Source: Selaginella moellendorffii (lineage: Eukaryota > Plantae > Lycopodiophyta). Taken from it: DNA of 64,000 nt. The stretch lies in NCBI RefSeq assembly GCF_000143415.4, contig NW_003314341.1, positions 584,394-648,393 of the forward strand. Direction: 5' to 3'. Under the pieces are notes generated by a model, which saw only the letters and a list, made by a program, of their open reading frames with translations, was not told the origin of the DNA and searched no databases. Positions 11,694 through 23,813 of the stretch are shown piece by piece. A program made the translations under genes and the position numbers. Numbering within the stretch: position 1 is the stretch's first letter; the number at the start of each line of letters is the position of its first letter.

Positions 11694-11919
11694 ACAGCTT
11701 CTCTTTTGGCAGAGCTTTCGATCGATTCGATCCAAATAGATCCACTCATTCTTATTTGTAAATGCAGTGCTCTGTTTTTAGGGCAGAAGCATTTTCTAAA
11801 GCTTAGATGTAACAACCCTGGAAGCAAATCTCGAGCGTCGGTTTTGGTGTGGCCAATAACAGCCGTTGGATGTCGCATTCCCCTCCCTCCTTCCCTAATT
11901 TTCTCCCCCAGCTGGCTGG

Positions 11920-14044
11920 ATGGCCGCTTGTTCTACGCCCACAAGCCCTTGCGAAAGATCGCCGCTCGCATCCTCATCCGCGCCTCGGATCGCTCGTCTC
12001 GCCAAGGTACGCCGCTCGCCATGATCTCATCGCTGCGATTCTTGCTCCATTTCCCCCTCCCAATCTGGAGCCGCGGATTTTCTCCTCTTTTCTCGCTCGA
12101 TCGGCGCCTCCTCTTGCATTCATTGCTCCTCGCTCGCTGCGGCCTCTCGCATTTCGTGCCTGAGACAAGCAAAATAATTTTTTTCCTTGATCTTTATTTT
12201 TCTTGGTTGTGAGCAGCACCACGGTAGCGTTAGATCAGTCTATTCTCACAGAGGACTTGACAAGCGCAAGAAAGGGACGCTCTTGTATAGCAGCAAGCAC
12301 TGGGCTGGCTCTCCTCGAGGATCGGGCAGGCCTCGCGTCGCGGTGCCCATCGGAGAGGTCGGCGATGCTCTCATCACTAACAGTGGCCTTCGGGCTTCCG
12401 ACACGCTGCTCGTCGTTAACTTTGGACCGTACTTGCGGCGCTTGCCGATCAAACGCGTTTGTGTATGGGCAACAGTGGCACTGGTCCTCTTCCAACTACG
12501 AGATTTCGTCGGGGTATGGCTTTTATCTTTCCTGGTTTTGTATTGATCCCTTTGGTTGATTTCTCTCTCTCGAAGGTGATAATGGGAACCATTGTGCTAT
12601 CGATGATTGGAAATACTTTCATAAGCTGGGCAGAAGAGTACTTGCCCGGGAGGAGGCGGTTTTTAATCGCGACCATGTATGTCGTGATCATCGCCGTGCT
12701 AACGGGACTTGGTATCATGTACATACCGAGGTTGCTCCAGGAAGGTGCCAATATCATTGGTCGCATTCAGGTGAGTGTAGACTTTAATTCTTTTCTCTCC
12801 AGCTTTTCAACTTCTTGCAGCAAAGCGAGAACCCCTACAGCCTTTTATCCGAGAAACTCAAAAGCGCTCTGGGAGAGAATGTGACCGATCAAGTGAGTTC
12901 GGACTCGAAAAAAAATAAAATAAAAGAGACTGTCTGCTTTGGTCAGCTAGCTGATTAACCATGTTTCTCTCCCAACAGCTGGAAAGATTTCTTCTTGCCG
13001 TGATGAGGCCAGACTCCGTCGTCCGGGTAGGTGTTTCTTTCTACGGAACCTGTTTCTGTACTAAATTTCCAACTCGTTCAGGAGTCCATGGCCGGTAACA
13101 CCGCTCAAAGGTCCATAATTTTTCAGCAGTTGATAAAGGAGTACTCAGGAGCGATGGTAGCTTGGCTAGCAACTCTCATCTCTGCAACAAGTCGTTTCGC
13201 ACTGCAGGTTAGCCATTTCCAACGCATTAACACAGAAAGTAATTTTTTTTTTTTGTTTTTCTTTTCTTTTCTTTTGTTCTTGTTTCTCGCGCTTCAGAGT
13301 TTTGTTAGTTTAATATTTTCCTTCCTCTTTGTCTGGGATGCGCCTTCTGTAAAAGCAGGTATCCAATCGCTGAAACAAACTAGGCTCTCTGTTGTATATG
13401 AGGAGATAGCACCTGTGGTGAGTTTTTTTTTTTCCTCTCTCTCTCTCTCTTTTTTTCTCTAAACGATGACCTCAGGTGGCCACATTCGGGCAAATTTTTG
13501 GAAAAGCTTTACAGGCACAGAGCACCATCGCATTGGTAAACACAGTTTTGACAAGCTTAGGCCTCCTGGCGTTGAGAGTGTCTGGAGTAGGATGGCTTTC
13601 ATTGCTGGTGTTCTTGTGCTCCTTCGTACCCGTGGCGGGAGTTATAATCTCGACGGTTCCCATTGGAATTGTAGCTTTTGTGGAGTAAGTATTTTGCTTC
13701 CTTCGCACACATTTAATCGTTGGGTTTGTCCTTTTATTTTCTATCAGGACTGGATTCTTACAACTGAGCTTGGTGGTTTTGATGGTAATACTCATTCACG
13801 CTTTGGAAGCGTACGTGCTAAATCCTGCAATATATTCAGGTAGAAAAATATTTATAAAATAGCGGCTAAGTTCCTCTTGTTTTGCGCAGCTCACCTGAAA
13901 CTACATCCTCTTCTAGCATTGGGTGTCTTGGTTTTTGCGGAGCACGCCCTGGGGGTGTGGGGATTGATTGCAGCAGTGCCAATGGCTGTGTTTTTCATCG
14001 AGTACGTTATCAAGAGAAATTCATGCTACCAAGAGAATGTCTAA
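11920..14044 (+). CDS. AI-2E (PerM/UPF0118) family multi-pass transporter, ~10 exons; start codon uncertain; possible transit peptide
   Basis: FGKALQAQSTIALVNTVLTSLGL, VFLCSFVPVAGVIISTVP, HALEAYVLNPAIYSAHLKLHPLLALGVLVFAEHALGVWGLIAAVP; TAA at 14042-14044. Confidence 0.8.
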
Positions 14045-15642
14045 TCCATTTGTCTATAATAACAATAGAATTACTCAGCAAATAGGTTTTTTCAACCTTA
14101 ATTCTACTTTTATATTAGTGGAAGTATATATATGTGTAAATACTTATATTAGTTAATAACTATAACCAACAAGGTTTAGATTAATATAAAAATTATAACT
14201 AAAGAGTGTGTTTGGATTAGTATTAATCTGGACCACTAGGGTCTTGGATTAATTGATATACACATTTCTATATTCTGTTTCTATATTCTATACACTCACA
14301 TTTATGAAATTTTGATTATCCCTCAAGAATGCTTGGATTTGGGATTTTGGTTTAGATATAGCTTTTACATTGTCTAGACCCAGGATGAAGTCAAATGTTT
14401 GACTTAGTATAACGATTAAAGCTCAAGTTTGAAATCACCTATATGCACAACAAGATCTATCTTATCCTATACACATGTATATGTATAATTATTGTTATAA
14501 AAAATGAAAATTAGCTCTGCCATATGACACAAATATAGACGGGTACATGTGGCAAAAGGCTGAGTAATAGAAGATAAACTTGAGTTTATATCAGCTAATA
14601 TGAAGAGAATAATAAAAGACCTTTTATTATAAAAACGAGATTGAAAAGTAAACATTAGATAAATTGGTGCCAAGTGAACCTCTTGATAATACTCCCGAAA
14701 GAAAAATGGATAGATCACTAACTTATTCATGTAAAGTCCTTCCATTACTCACACAACTTTTCATTTCTCAACAGAATCTTGGTGTTTAGTTTTTCCATTA
14801 CAACAACACTAACAAGACATTGTTGATACCAAAGTCTTCACCCAGGAAAATGGAAGTCACCAATCCAGAAACGTTGACAATGTTAATAAGTGTGATCAAC
14901 TTCATCACACACCTAGTAGCGGATATCACGGCCACAACCACATCTTTACTCTTGTCCTTAAACTTAGGTAATAATAACATCAACCTCCATTAAAACAAAA
15001 TTATCTCCCATAAAAAGTGGAATTGAAAAATATGCAACAAAAAGTGGAAGAAACAATGTCTCATATATTGTGCCAAACAAAGAGCATCATCAAAGGTAGT
15101 TGAAGCAAGTGCATGCATAAGTCCTACAAAATCTTGACAAAGTGTGGGCTACAACATTCCTAACTTGATCTGTTTCGATATAGTTAGCTCCACACAAAAC
15201 AAGAGGCTTCAGAAATAAATATCAAATTGCATCATTGATTCAAATGGCCCTTGATGAAGACAATGCAATTGTTAGAACGCATCATCAGAATCAACGGTAT
15301 GTCCAAATATATGGCATTTGAAAGAATACTTTTATTTTTTCAAATAGCTGTGCTTAAACCATTGTACCATTGTAATGTTGTCTTTTGGAAACACATAGGA
15401 AACTAATGCAAATATTGAGCATCATTTCAAAAATGATATGTAGCAATCATTGTAAAGATGGTACACATCATCTTTAAGATTCTTATGGAAGAACTTTGGC
15501 TAGACATGAGGATTCGCAGCAAGAGTGGAAAGAGTTGTATTATGTGCCATAAATGCTACCATCAATTAAGTCTGATTGTTTAACTACAACCATATAGTAT
15601 TGAGCAACTACATCAACTACTACTCTAGAGTCAAAAGAGGAG

Positions 15643-16036
15643 TGTAAGTAACCAAAGAGAACGACTCGAGAGACAATCCATAAGGGTTCAAATATAGAAG
15701 GAAAGGGCCCATGAACAAGAATGCGCCCCCTTTTCCAATAGGTGTAAACTCCTGAGTTTGGACTTCCTGGGAGGTCACCCAGCCCAGTACTATTCAAACC
15801 CAAGGACGCTTAACCCCAACTATCCCAAGACCCTTAACTGATTGGAAAATGGGGTGCACTTTTGTTCATGGGCCCTTTCCCTCTATATTTGAACCCCTAT
15901 GGATCGTCTCTTGAGTCGTTCCCTTTGGTTGCTTACAATAGGTTAAAGATCTTGGGATATTTAGGGTTAAGTGTCCTTGGTGTGAATAATATTGGGTTGG
16001 GTGACATTTTTGGAAGTCCAAACTCAAGAGCTTACA
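15643..16036 (+). mobile_element. Cassandra-like (5S rRNA-domain) solo LTR, outer copy, interrupted by an inner copy
   Basis: TGTAA...TTACA termini; 5-bp TSD AGGAG (15638-15642 and 16037-16041); decayed 5S box A to box C at ~15965-16019. Confidence 0.85.
15743..15937 (-). mobile_element. Cassandra-like solo LTR, inner copy (195 bp), opposite orientation
   Basis: TGTAA...TTACA termini; TSD ATAGG (15738-15742 and 15938-15942). Minus strand reads GGTTAAGCGTCC-N18-GGGCTGGGTGACCTCCCAGGAAGTCC, matching the 5S rRNA internal control region. Confidence 0.88.
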
Positions 16037-19000
16037 AGGAGGAAACTACTGCTTTGCCATAAAAAAAATTTTTTATACTTCCTTATATTTTTTTCATTCA
16101 TCTTATTTCTATTTTTCTTCATCCCTTTATTTTTACTTCTACTTCTATCACGTTTGTCTCCTAATTACTCCTTTCTATACTTTTGTTTAGCTCATAAAGG
16201 AGTATGTTAATCTCTTTGAATTTGACTTGTCGTCTGGGGCTAAGATTGCAATATGTTATGTTATTCCAACTGAGGATATTCATCCAATCAAGGTTTTTAT
16301 TTATTGTTGGTCATCAAAAGATATCAAGATTTTATATGCAAACATGAGAAAAATGTTGAAAAAGGGTGTTATTTGAAAGTTATAGAATCTTTAGGCATGT
16401 GAACCTCATCTTGTCATTAAGCCTGATGAGAGTATTCACTTCTGCATCGACTATCAATAATTAAACGATGTAACTATCCTTGATATGTGCCCTCTTCCTT
16501 ATACTACTGATCTTCTAAATTGTTTGGGGAGAAGTTGTTAATTCACTAAGTTAAATTTTTCTTTAAGGTAATGGTAAATACTGATGACCGAGAATGATGT
16601 TTCTAAGACTATTTTTCATAAATCATTTGATTTATAGGAATTCTTGGTGATGCTGTTTGGTTTGTATAATGTTTTAATGACTTTCTAATAGATGATAGAC
16701 AAAGTTTTTTGTGATATGCCAGAAGTAACTACTAATTTTATTGATGATATTTTGATCCACTCAGAGAGGACATAAAAGGAGCACATCCATGATGTTCAGA
16801 AGGTGTTCAATTGGTTGTGGGAAGTTGGTTTAAAACTAAAAAGGTCAAAATGAGCGTTTGAATCTAAGAACATAATTTATTTTGGGTATTATATTTCTCA
16901 TGAAGGTTTGCAAGTTGATTTTGACAAACTTGTAACCATTTAAAAATTTCTTACTCTAAAGTGTGTGAATAATATATAGTGCTTCCTACGCAAGGTGCAA
17001 TATCTCAGTCATTTTGTTGATCATCTTTTTTATCATACTATACCATTGCAAGTGTTGTTGCAATCGTCAGATGAAATTTTTCATCTAGTCTAAGGATTAC
17101 AAACATATATTTACAGATTTCAAATAGTTGTTGACAATTTTTCTAGTTTTAGCGTATCCTAACTACACTCTACCTTTCATTTTGCATGTGAATGCTTTAG
17201 ATATCAGTGTTAGAGTGTTTTAATGCAGGATAGTATAAATAGGCTTAGTCAACATCATCCCCTTGCATATATTAACTAGTAGAGGTGAACTACTCCATAA
17301 TAAATAAGTGTTTAGTAGCAATTTAGGGTTTCAAGAAACTTTATGTGTATTTGTATGGTTTTCGAACATTGTTAAAAGGTGATCATACTATAGTTATTTT
17401 GGTATTAAAGTAGAAGGATTTAGTTGGTTGTACTACTCAATGGGCTCTAAAGTTTCAATATATGATTTTGAAGCTATTAATCATTTATGGAGTTTCATAG
17501 TTAATGCTAATGCCTTTTTTTGAGTTCTTCTTTTTTCTTCTCTCTCCTTACTTATTCTTGACTAGCCTATTATTCTAGCATTTATAGATTTTTTGGATGA
17601 GGATTCTGTACTGTCACCAGTTGTTGTATTTGATATTCAATGTCCACAAGGTGTAGAGCAAGATTTAACTTCTCTTGACAAAGTTCAGGCTCAAAAGGTT
17701 GAGCTATATATCTGAAAACTTGAAAATCCTACATCATTTGTTAATAACTTGTCATTTCAGCATTTAAATTCTCAATATTACCTTAAGGCAGCCTTCTTTA
17801 TTTTATTAGGACTGATTTTGATGATCATTTACAACTAGTGGTACCTTCAATATTTATTCTACTCTTTCTCTATGCTTATTATGACTTTTTTATTTTAGGT
17901 GGGTATATAGGACATTTGCATGTGACTAAGAAACTAAACAAGTCTTTCTATTGGCTGGAGATGTGATATGATGTTATTCAATATATGCATAATTGTGTTT
18001 ATTGCCAAACTTATAATACTCTCTTTTGTGTTGCAGAAAGATAGTTAGAGTTAATTGCAATTTCCCGTCCCTTTAAGTTGGTGACATTTAATTTAGTGGG
18101 GTTTTTTCCATGGCAATAAGTATATTATTATTGCTTTTAACTACTTAACTTGCTAGATGGAAGTTAGTGCTTTTGTTAATGCATCAACAACTACTATTAA
18201 GTACTTCCTTTTTAATCAAATGATGTTCCAATATTTTTGTCTAAAGTTGATTCTCTCAAATAATGGTCATATATTTATGGTTGAGGCATTTTATATTTTA
18301 ACATCTTGGTTGGGGATACACCACATTTTCATAAATGTTTATCATCCACAAAAAGATGGTTTAGTGGAACAATTCATCCAGATTTTCAAAGGGATGATCG
18401 TGAAATATGTGAAGTTTTAGCATTCGGATTTGGATAGTTATTTATTATCTCTTCAGTATATATATATCACAAAGGTACAGAGTTCAATTGGTATTTCACT
18501 ATATAAACTTTAATATAGTCATGATTCAATACTACCAACAGAGTTAAGTTTACCTTTGTGATTGTAATGAGTTATTGATGCTAAGTCCTAAGATCAAGCA
18601 TTCTTCCACTTGTTTGAGTGGAGTTTCCTGAACAATTAAACCTGTACAAGTGGAACAATAGCATTATAACTCATACTTATAGAGTATAAAGTGGATAACT
18701 TGATGTTAGTTTATTTTCCCAATTTGGTTTATCTAAAAGCTCTTTGCTCAATAGAAGGGATTGTATTAGGTGTTATGACAAGCATCATCATCTATCTGTG
18801 GAGTATAAAGTGGACGACTTGATATTAATTTATTTTCCCAATTTTATGGTAGGAAATTGCAAGACGTATTATAATTTACCTGAATGTGGCATTTTCTGGC
18901 ATTGCATTGAGGGAATTGTGGTTTGTTTAAAAAGCTCCTTACTTAATGGAAGGGACTATATTAAACGTTGCAACAAATTAAATTGCAAGTTTATGAAGTT

Positions 19001-19416
19001 TAGTATGACATTTAATAGGTTGATCCTTCAGAAATTATGCATATGCAACACTTAAAATGCTTTATACAAAAGAATCACAAACAATTGATACCACCTATAG
19101 ATTCATCGGTATCTCCTCCTAATGTTCCTTTAGATCCCATACCATTAACTAAAGAACCCTGATTACCTTTGATTCTTCTTAGAGGAGAGGATGATATAAT
19201 GTCTAATACTGTGAGTGCTTGGAATATGGAAAGGGAATACAGAAATGTGCATATCAATTAGCTCAAAAACCCTAGCTTATATACAGGAGCGAGTGGTCCA
19301 TATTGAAACCAATCCGACAGCTACCAAAATCCCACTATACTAATATTAGTATACGGCATCGTAACCGTACACTTGGCCCTCACATCATCCCCTCCTCTCG
19401 GGATAATGGAAGACCA

Positions 19417-22400
19417 TCAGGGTTCTCTTGAGGATGGGCCGGGATCCGGAGGAACATTAGGAGGAGGCATCGGTGGATCTGGAGGTGGTATTAACTCCTC
19501 TTGATCCCTTTGTACGAAGCGTTTTAGCCGCTGCACATGCACAATCTCTGGAGGATCGGCCTGCTGAACGTCATGCCGAACCTCATAAACTTGTGGTCCA
19601 ATTTGTCGCAACACTTGATACGGTCCTTTCCATTGCGCAAGAAGCCCCTTAGATAAACCACGTACCGTAAGATGGGGAAAACGGACTAACACCAAATGAT
19701 CCACTTTGTACTCCACAGGTAGACGATGATGAGAGTTATAGCGCCGTTGTTGTCCCACTTGTACGCGGCCTAAGTGTTCGGCAGACTCTGCTCGGACAAG
19801 TGGAAGAATGCTCGTCAAATACTGATCCCATGATCTAGCATCGGCAGCACGTGGCAATCGCGAAGGTAAACCCAGCTCCGTTGGTAATATTGGATCATGA
19901 CCATATAGAAGTTTATATGGTGAAGCACCAACAGAACTCTGCACCCCTGTAACATATGCATACCGAAGAGACGGCAAATAACCATCCCAATCCGAATGCT
20001 GAAAGTTCACATACTTTGCAATCATCCCTTTGAATGTCCGAACAAGCCGTTCCACCAGACCGTCTGATTGTGGATGATAAGCACTCGTGAAAGTGTGGCA
20101 TATCCCCAACCGAGACGTCAAAACATGAAATGCCTCAGCCATAAATGTGGGACCATTATCTGAAAGAATCCGCTCTGGACAAGAATGCTGGAACACCACT
20201 CGATTGAGGAGGAAGTATCCAACAACAGTTGCAGAGGCGCTAGCAAGAGCACCAACTTCCACCCAACGAGTCAAGTAGTCAGAAGCAATAATAACGTACT
20301 CATTGCCAGCAGTTGACCGTGGAAAAGGTCCCATAAGATCAAACGCCACCAACTCAAACGGACGGGAAACTGCAATTGACTCTAACCGTCCTTCCGTAGC
20401 ACAAGGGGGAGTATTACGAGCTTGGCACCAAACGCAGCTACGCACATACCGGATAATATCACTTCGCATCTCTGGCCAATAGAAAGACCTGCGCAGCTTC
20501 TCGGTAACACGACGGTGTCCCATATGCCCACCTAGAACAGGAGAATCATGGTAGGCATGGAGAAACCGCGGAATAAACACCGAAGGCACTACCAGCCGTA
20601 AATGATCATCAGGATCCATCCCCACAAAATAAAGAAGGCCATCGTCAAGGCGATATTGAGAATGTAAATGCCAGAAAGGCAAGTCATCAGCAAGTGATGC
20701 AGGATTCTCAAACCCATCTCAAAGCCTCCGAATCCACGGCTCAATCTTTTGAGCCTCGCGAACCTCATCAAGAGAAGGTAGATCTTGCTCTGCACCTTGT
20801 GGACACTGAACGTCAAGGACAGCAACTGCCGATGGCACAGAATCCTCATCTAGAAAATCCACAGATGCTGGAACAACAGGTTCGTCAGAAATATGAGAAG
20901 TGAGTGGAGAAGGAAAAGGAGCTCGAGAAAGGGCATCAGCATCAGCCATAGAACTCCCTGGGCGATGAACAACATCGAAATCATATATCTGAAGCTTCAA
21001 AGCCCACCGAGCCGTACGACCAACCAGGTTCTTCCACTTCAATAATGAAGTAACAGCAGCATGGTCACCTTCAAGTAACGTCCGAGAACCATGTAGATAG
21101 GCATGAAGTTTCTCGAAACCCCAGACTGCTACTAAACACTCCTTCTCCGTCGTGGAGTAGTTCATCTCCGCTGGTTGTAATGTACGGCTTATGTATGCAA
21201 TGGGATGGCACTGACCCGGCACACTCGAGCTCTCTTGCATCAACACACCTCCAAGACCAATGTCAGAAGCATCCATGCGCAAAATAAAAGGTCGAGTGTA
21301 GTCAGGATATGCCAAAACTGGAGGAGTCGTCAATAGTTCTTTGAGATCCACGAACGCTCGCTCACAATCCGGAGACCAGATGAAAGATGACGTTGATGAC
21401 TTTAGCAACGCTCGCAATGGTGTAGTGCGATCGGAAAGATGATCCACAAAACGACCGAGATACTGCACCTTACCCAAAAAGCGCTGCACATCATTCACAC
21501 TCTTCGGAGTAGGGAACTTTAGAACAGCCACAAGTTTGTCAGGATCAACTTGCAAACCCTCACGAGAAATACGGTACCCAAGATAAGTTGTGTCCTTGGA
21601 CCCAAACACGCACTTTGACCGCTTCAGCTTTAAACCAACGTCGCATAGCCGATCCAACACTTTACAAACATCACGAACGTGCTCCTCCCACGTCCCCTCT
21701 GAGTGGATCAAGACATCATCAATGAAGTCAGCAGTCACCTCCGGCATATCGCAAAGAACCTCGTCCATCATCCGCTGGAAAGTTGCTGGAGCATTGTTCA
21801 AACCAAACGGCATCACCAAGAACTTGTACAAACCAAATGGTGTACGAAAAGCAGTCTTAGGAATATCTTCTTCGGCCATCGATACTTGCCAATACCCAGA
21901 AGCAAGATATAGCTTGGTGAACCAACGACTTCGCCCCAGATGATCCAAGAGATCAGCAGTGTGAGGAAGAGGATACACATCTGGGATCGTCACTTCATTT
22001 AACGGACGATAATCGATGCAGAAACGAATACTCCCATCAGGCTTCGTCACAAGATGAGGTTCACATGCCCAAGGACTCCGCGACTTCCGAATAACACCCT
22101 TCTCCAGCATTTCCTTGACGTTTGCTCGTAAAATCTTGATCTCCTTAGGTGACCGACGACGAACAGGAACCTTGATTGGACGAGCATCCCCGGTTGGAAT
22201 CGGATGACGTGTGGCAATCTTGGCCCCAGACGATAAGTCAAATTCAAAGAGATCAGAATACTCCTTCATGAGCCGGTCAACTGCTGCAACACAAAGATCG
22301 TCGGAGGGATCGAAAAAGGGAAAAGCAGAACAAGATGGAAACACAAAAAAAAAGAGTGGGGGAACAAAAGTAATGGAAGCAGAGGTAGAAGTAGAGGGAC

Positions 22401-22905
22401 GAAGAGGTATGGAAGTGAGAGGAATGGATGAAACATAAGGAAGTATGAGACAAGGGGGAGAAGCCTCAAAGTCACACTTGGCATGATTGCGCTGCAACCA
22501 ATCCATACCAAGAATGAGGTCAAAAGCTTGACTCGGCACCACCTGCAATGGCTGCAACTCAAGCTCCAGATCACCCACACGCACAACCAGGTCCACCTCA
22601 TCCTGTGCACATGCATGCGTACGGCCGTTGCCATAAAGAATGAAAACTAGTTCCGCCGCACGACGCAAGTGTAAACGACAACGTGTGGCAACAGGTCGAG
22701 CAATAGAAGATAAACTCGAACCTGTATCAACCAACACAGAGAGAATAATAGGAGACCTCTTGTTATAAAAACGAGCTTGGAAAGTAAACACTGGATGAAC
22801 CGATGCCGAGTGAACCCCTTGATGATACTCCCGAAAGAAAGATGGAAGGGTCACTAACTTATTCGCACAAGATCCCTCCGTTACTCGCGCGACTCCTCGT
22901 TTCCT
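19417..22905 (-). pseudogene. pol: pol (protease, RT, RNase H, integrase with GPY/F module) in the -1 frame relative to gag; one internal TGA at 20719
   Basis: LVDTGSS; RFCIDYRPLN; FIDD; DASDIGLGGVL; HHCC finger; FDLMGP/SDNG/VERL; WKGPYQV. First RT catalytic Asp appears mutated (FTKLYLASGY). Confidence 0.92.
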
Positions 22906-23813
22906 GAATGCATCTCGGTGTCTAGACCTTCCACTGCAGCAGCACCCACGGGACGTTGCTGACGCCATGGTCTCCACCCAGGAAATGGAGGTCGCCAATC
23001 CGGAAAACGACGGCAACGCCGATAAGTATGACCAACTTCATCACATGCCTAGCAGTGAACTTCACGACCACGACCACGTCCTCGCACTTGTCCTTGGACT
23101 CGAGCAGCAGCAGCATCAACCTCCATTGGAACAGGACCATCACCCATAGGAAGTGGAGCAGAAGGACGTGCAGCGAGAAGTGGAAGAGGCGACGTCTCAT
23201 AACGTTGTGCCAAGTGAAGAGCATCGTCAAGGGTGGCAGGAGCAAGGGCATGCACAAGTCCAACAAGATCTTGACGAAGTGCTGGCCACAACATTCCTAG
23301 CTTGATCTGCTCCGACATATTTGGCTCCGCACGAAGCAAAAGACTTCGGAAACGAACGCCAAATTGCATCACCGACTCAGATGGCCCTTGGCGAAGACGA
23401 TGCAATTGTTGGAAAGCATCATCACAATCATCGGCATGTCCGAAGGCGCATTTGAAGACGTCCGGGAGAACACTCCAATCCCCACGAGTGGCTACGCTCA
23501 AACCATTGTACCACTGTAACGCCGTCCCTTGGAGACACGTGGGAAACTCACGCAACCGTCGAGCATCATCCCAAGAATGATATGTGGCAATCACCGTAAA
23601 GTGATCAAACCAATGGTACACATCATCCCCAGGATTCCCACGAAAGAACTCCGGCCGAACGCGAGGATTGGCACCAAGAGCAGAAGGAGTTGGACCACGT
23701 GCCGTGAATGCCGCCATCAATTGAGTTTGGTTGTTCAATTGCAAGCACATAGCATCAAGCAATTGGACCAACTGCTGCTCGAGAGTCAAAAGAGGAGATT
23801 GCTGATCTGCCAT
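22881..23813 (-). pseudogene. gag: gag of the gypsy element, with an in-frame TAG inside the zinc knuckle
   Basis: MADQQ...LQGTALQWY...LRQGPSESVMQF...PVPMEVD...HC*ACDEVGHTYRRC; natural stop TAA at 22881-22883. Confidence 0.85.

Noticed and set aside
15760-15815. Possible 5S rRNA gene
   Set aside because: Only ~56 nt of the internal control region is present; the 5' half and terminal stem are missing, and it lies within a TSD-bounded LTR.
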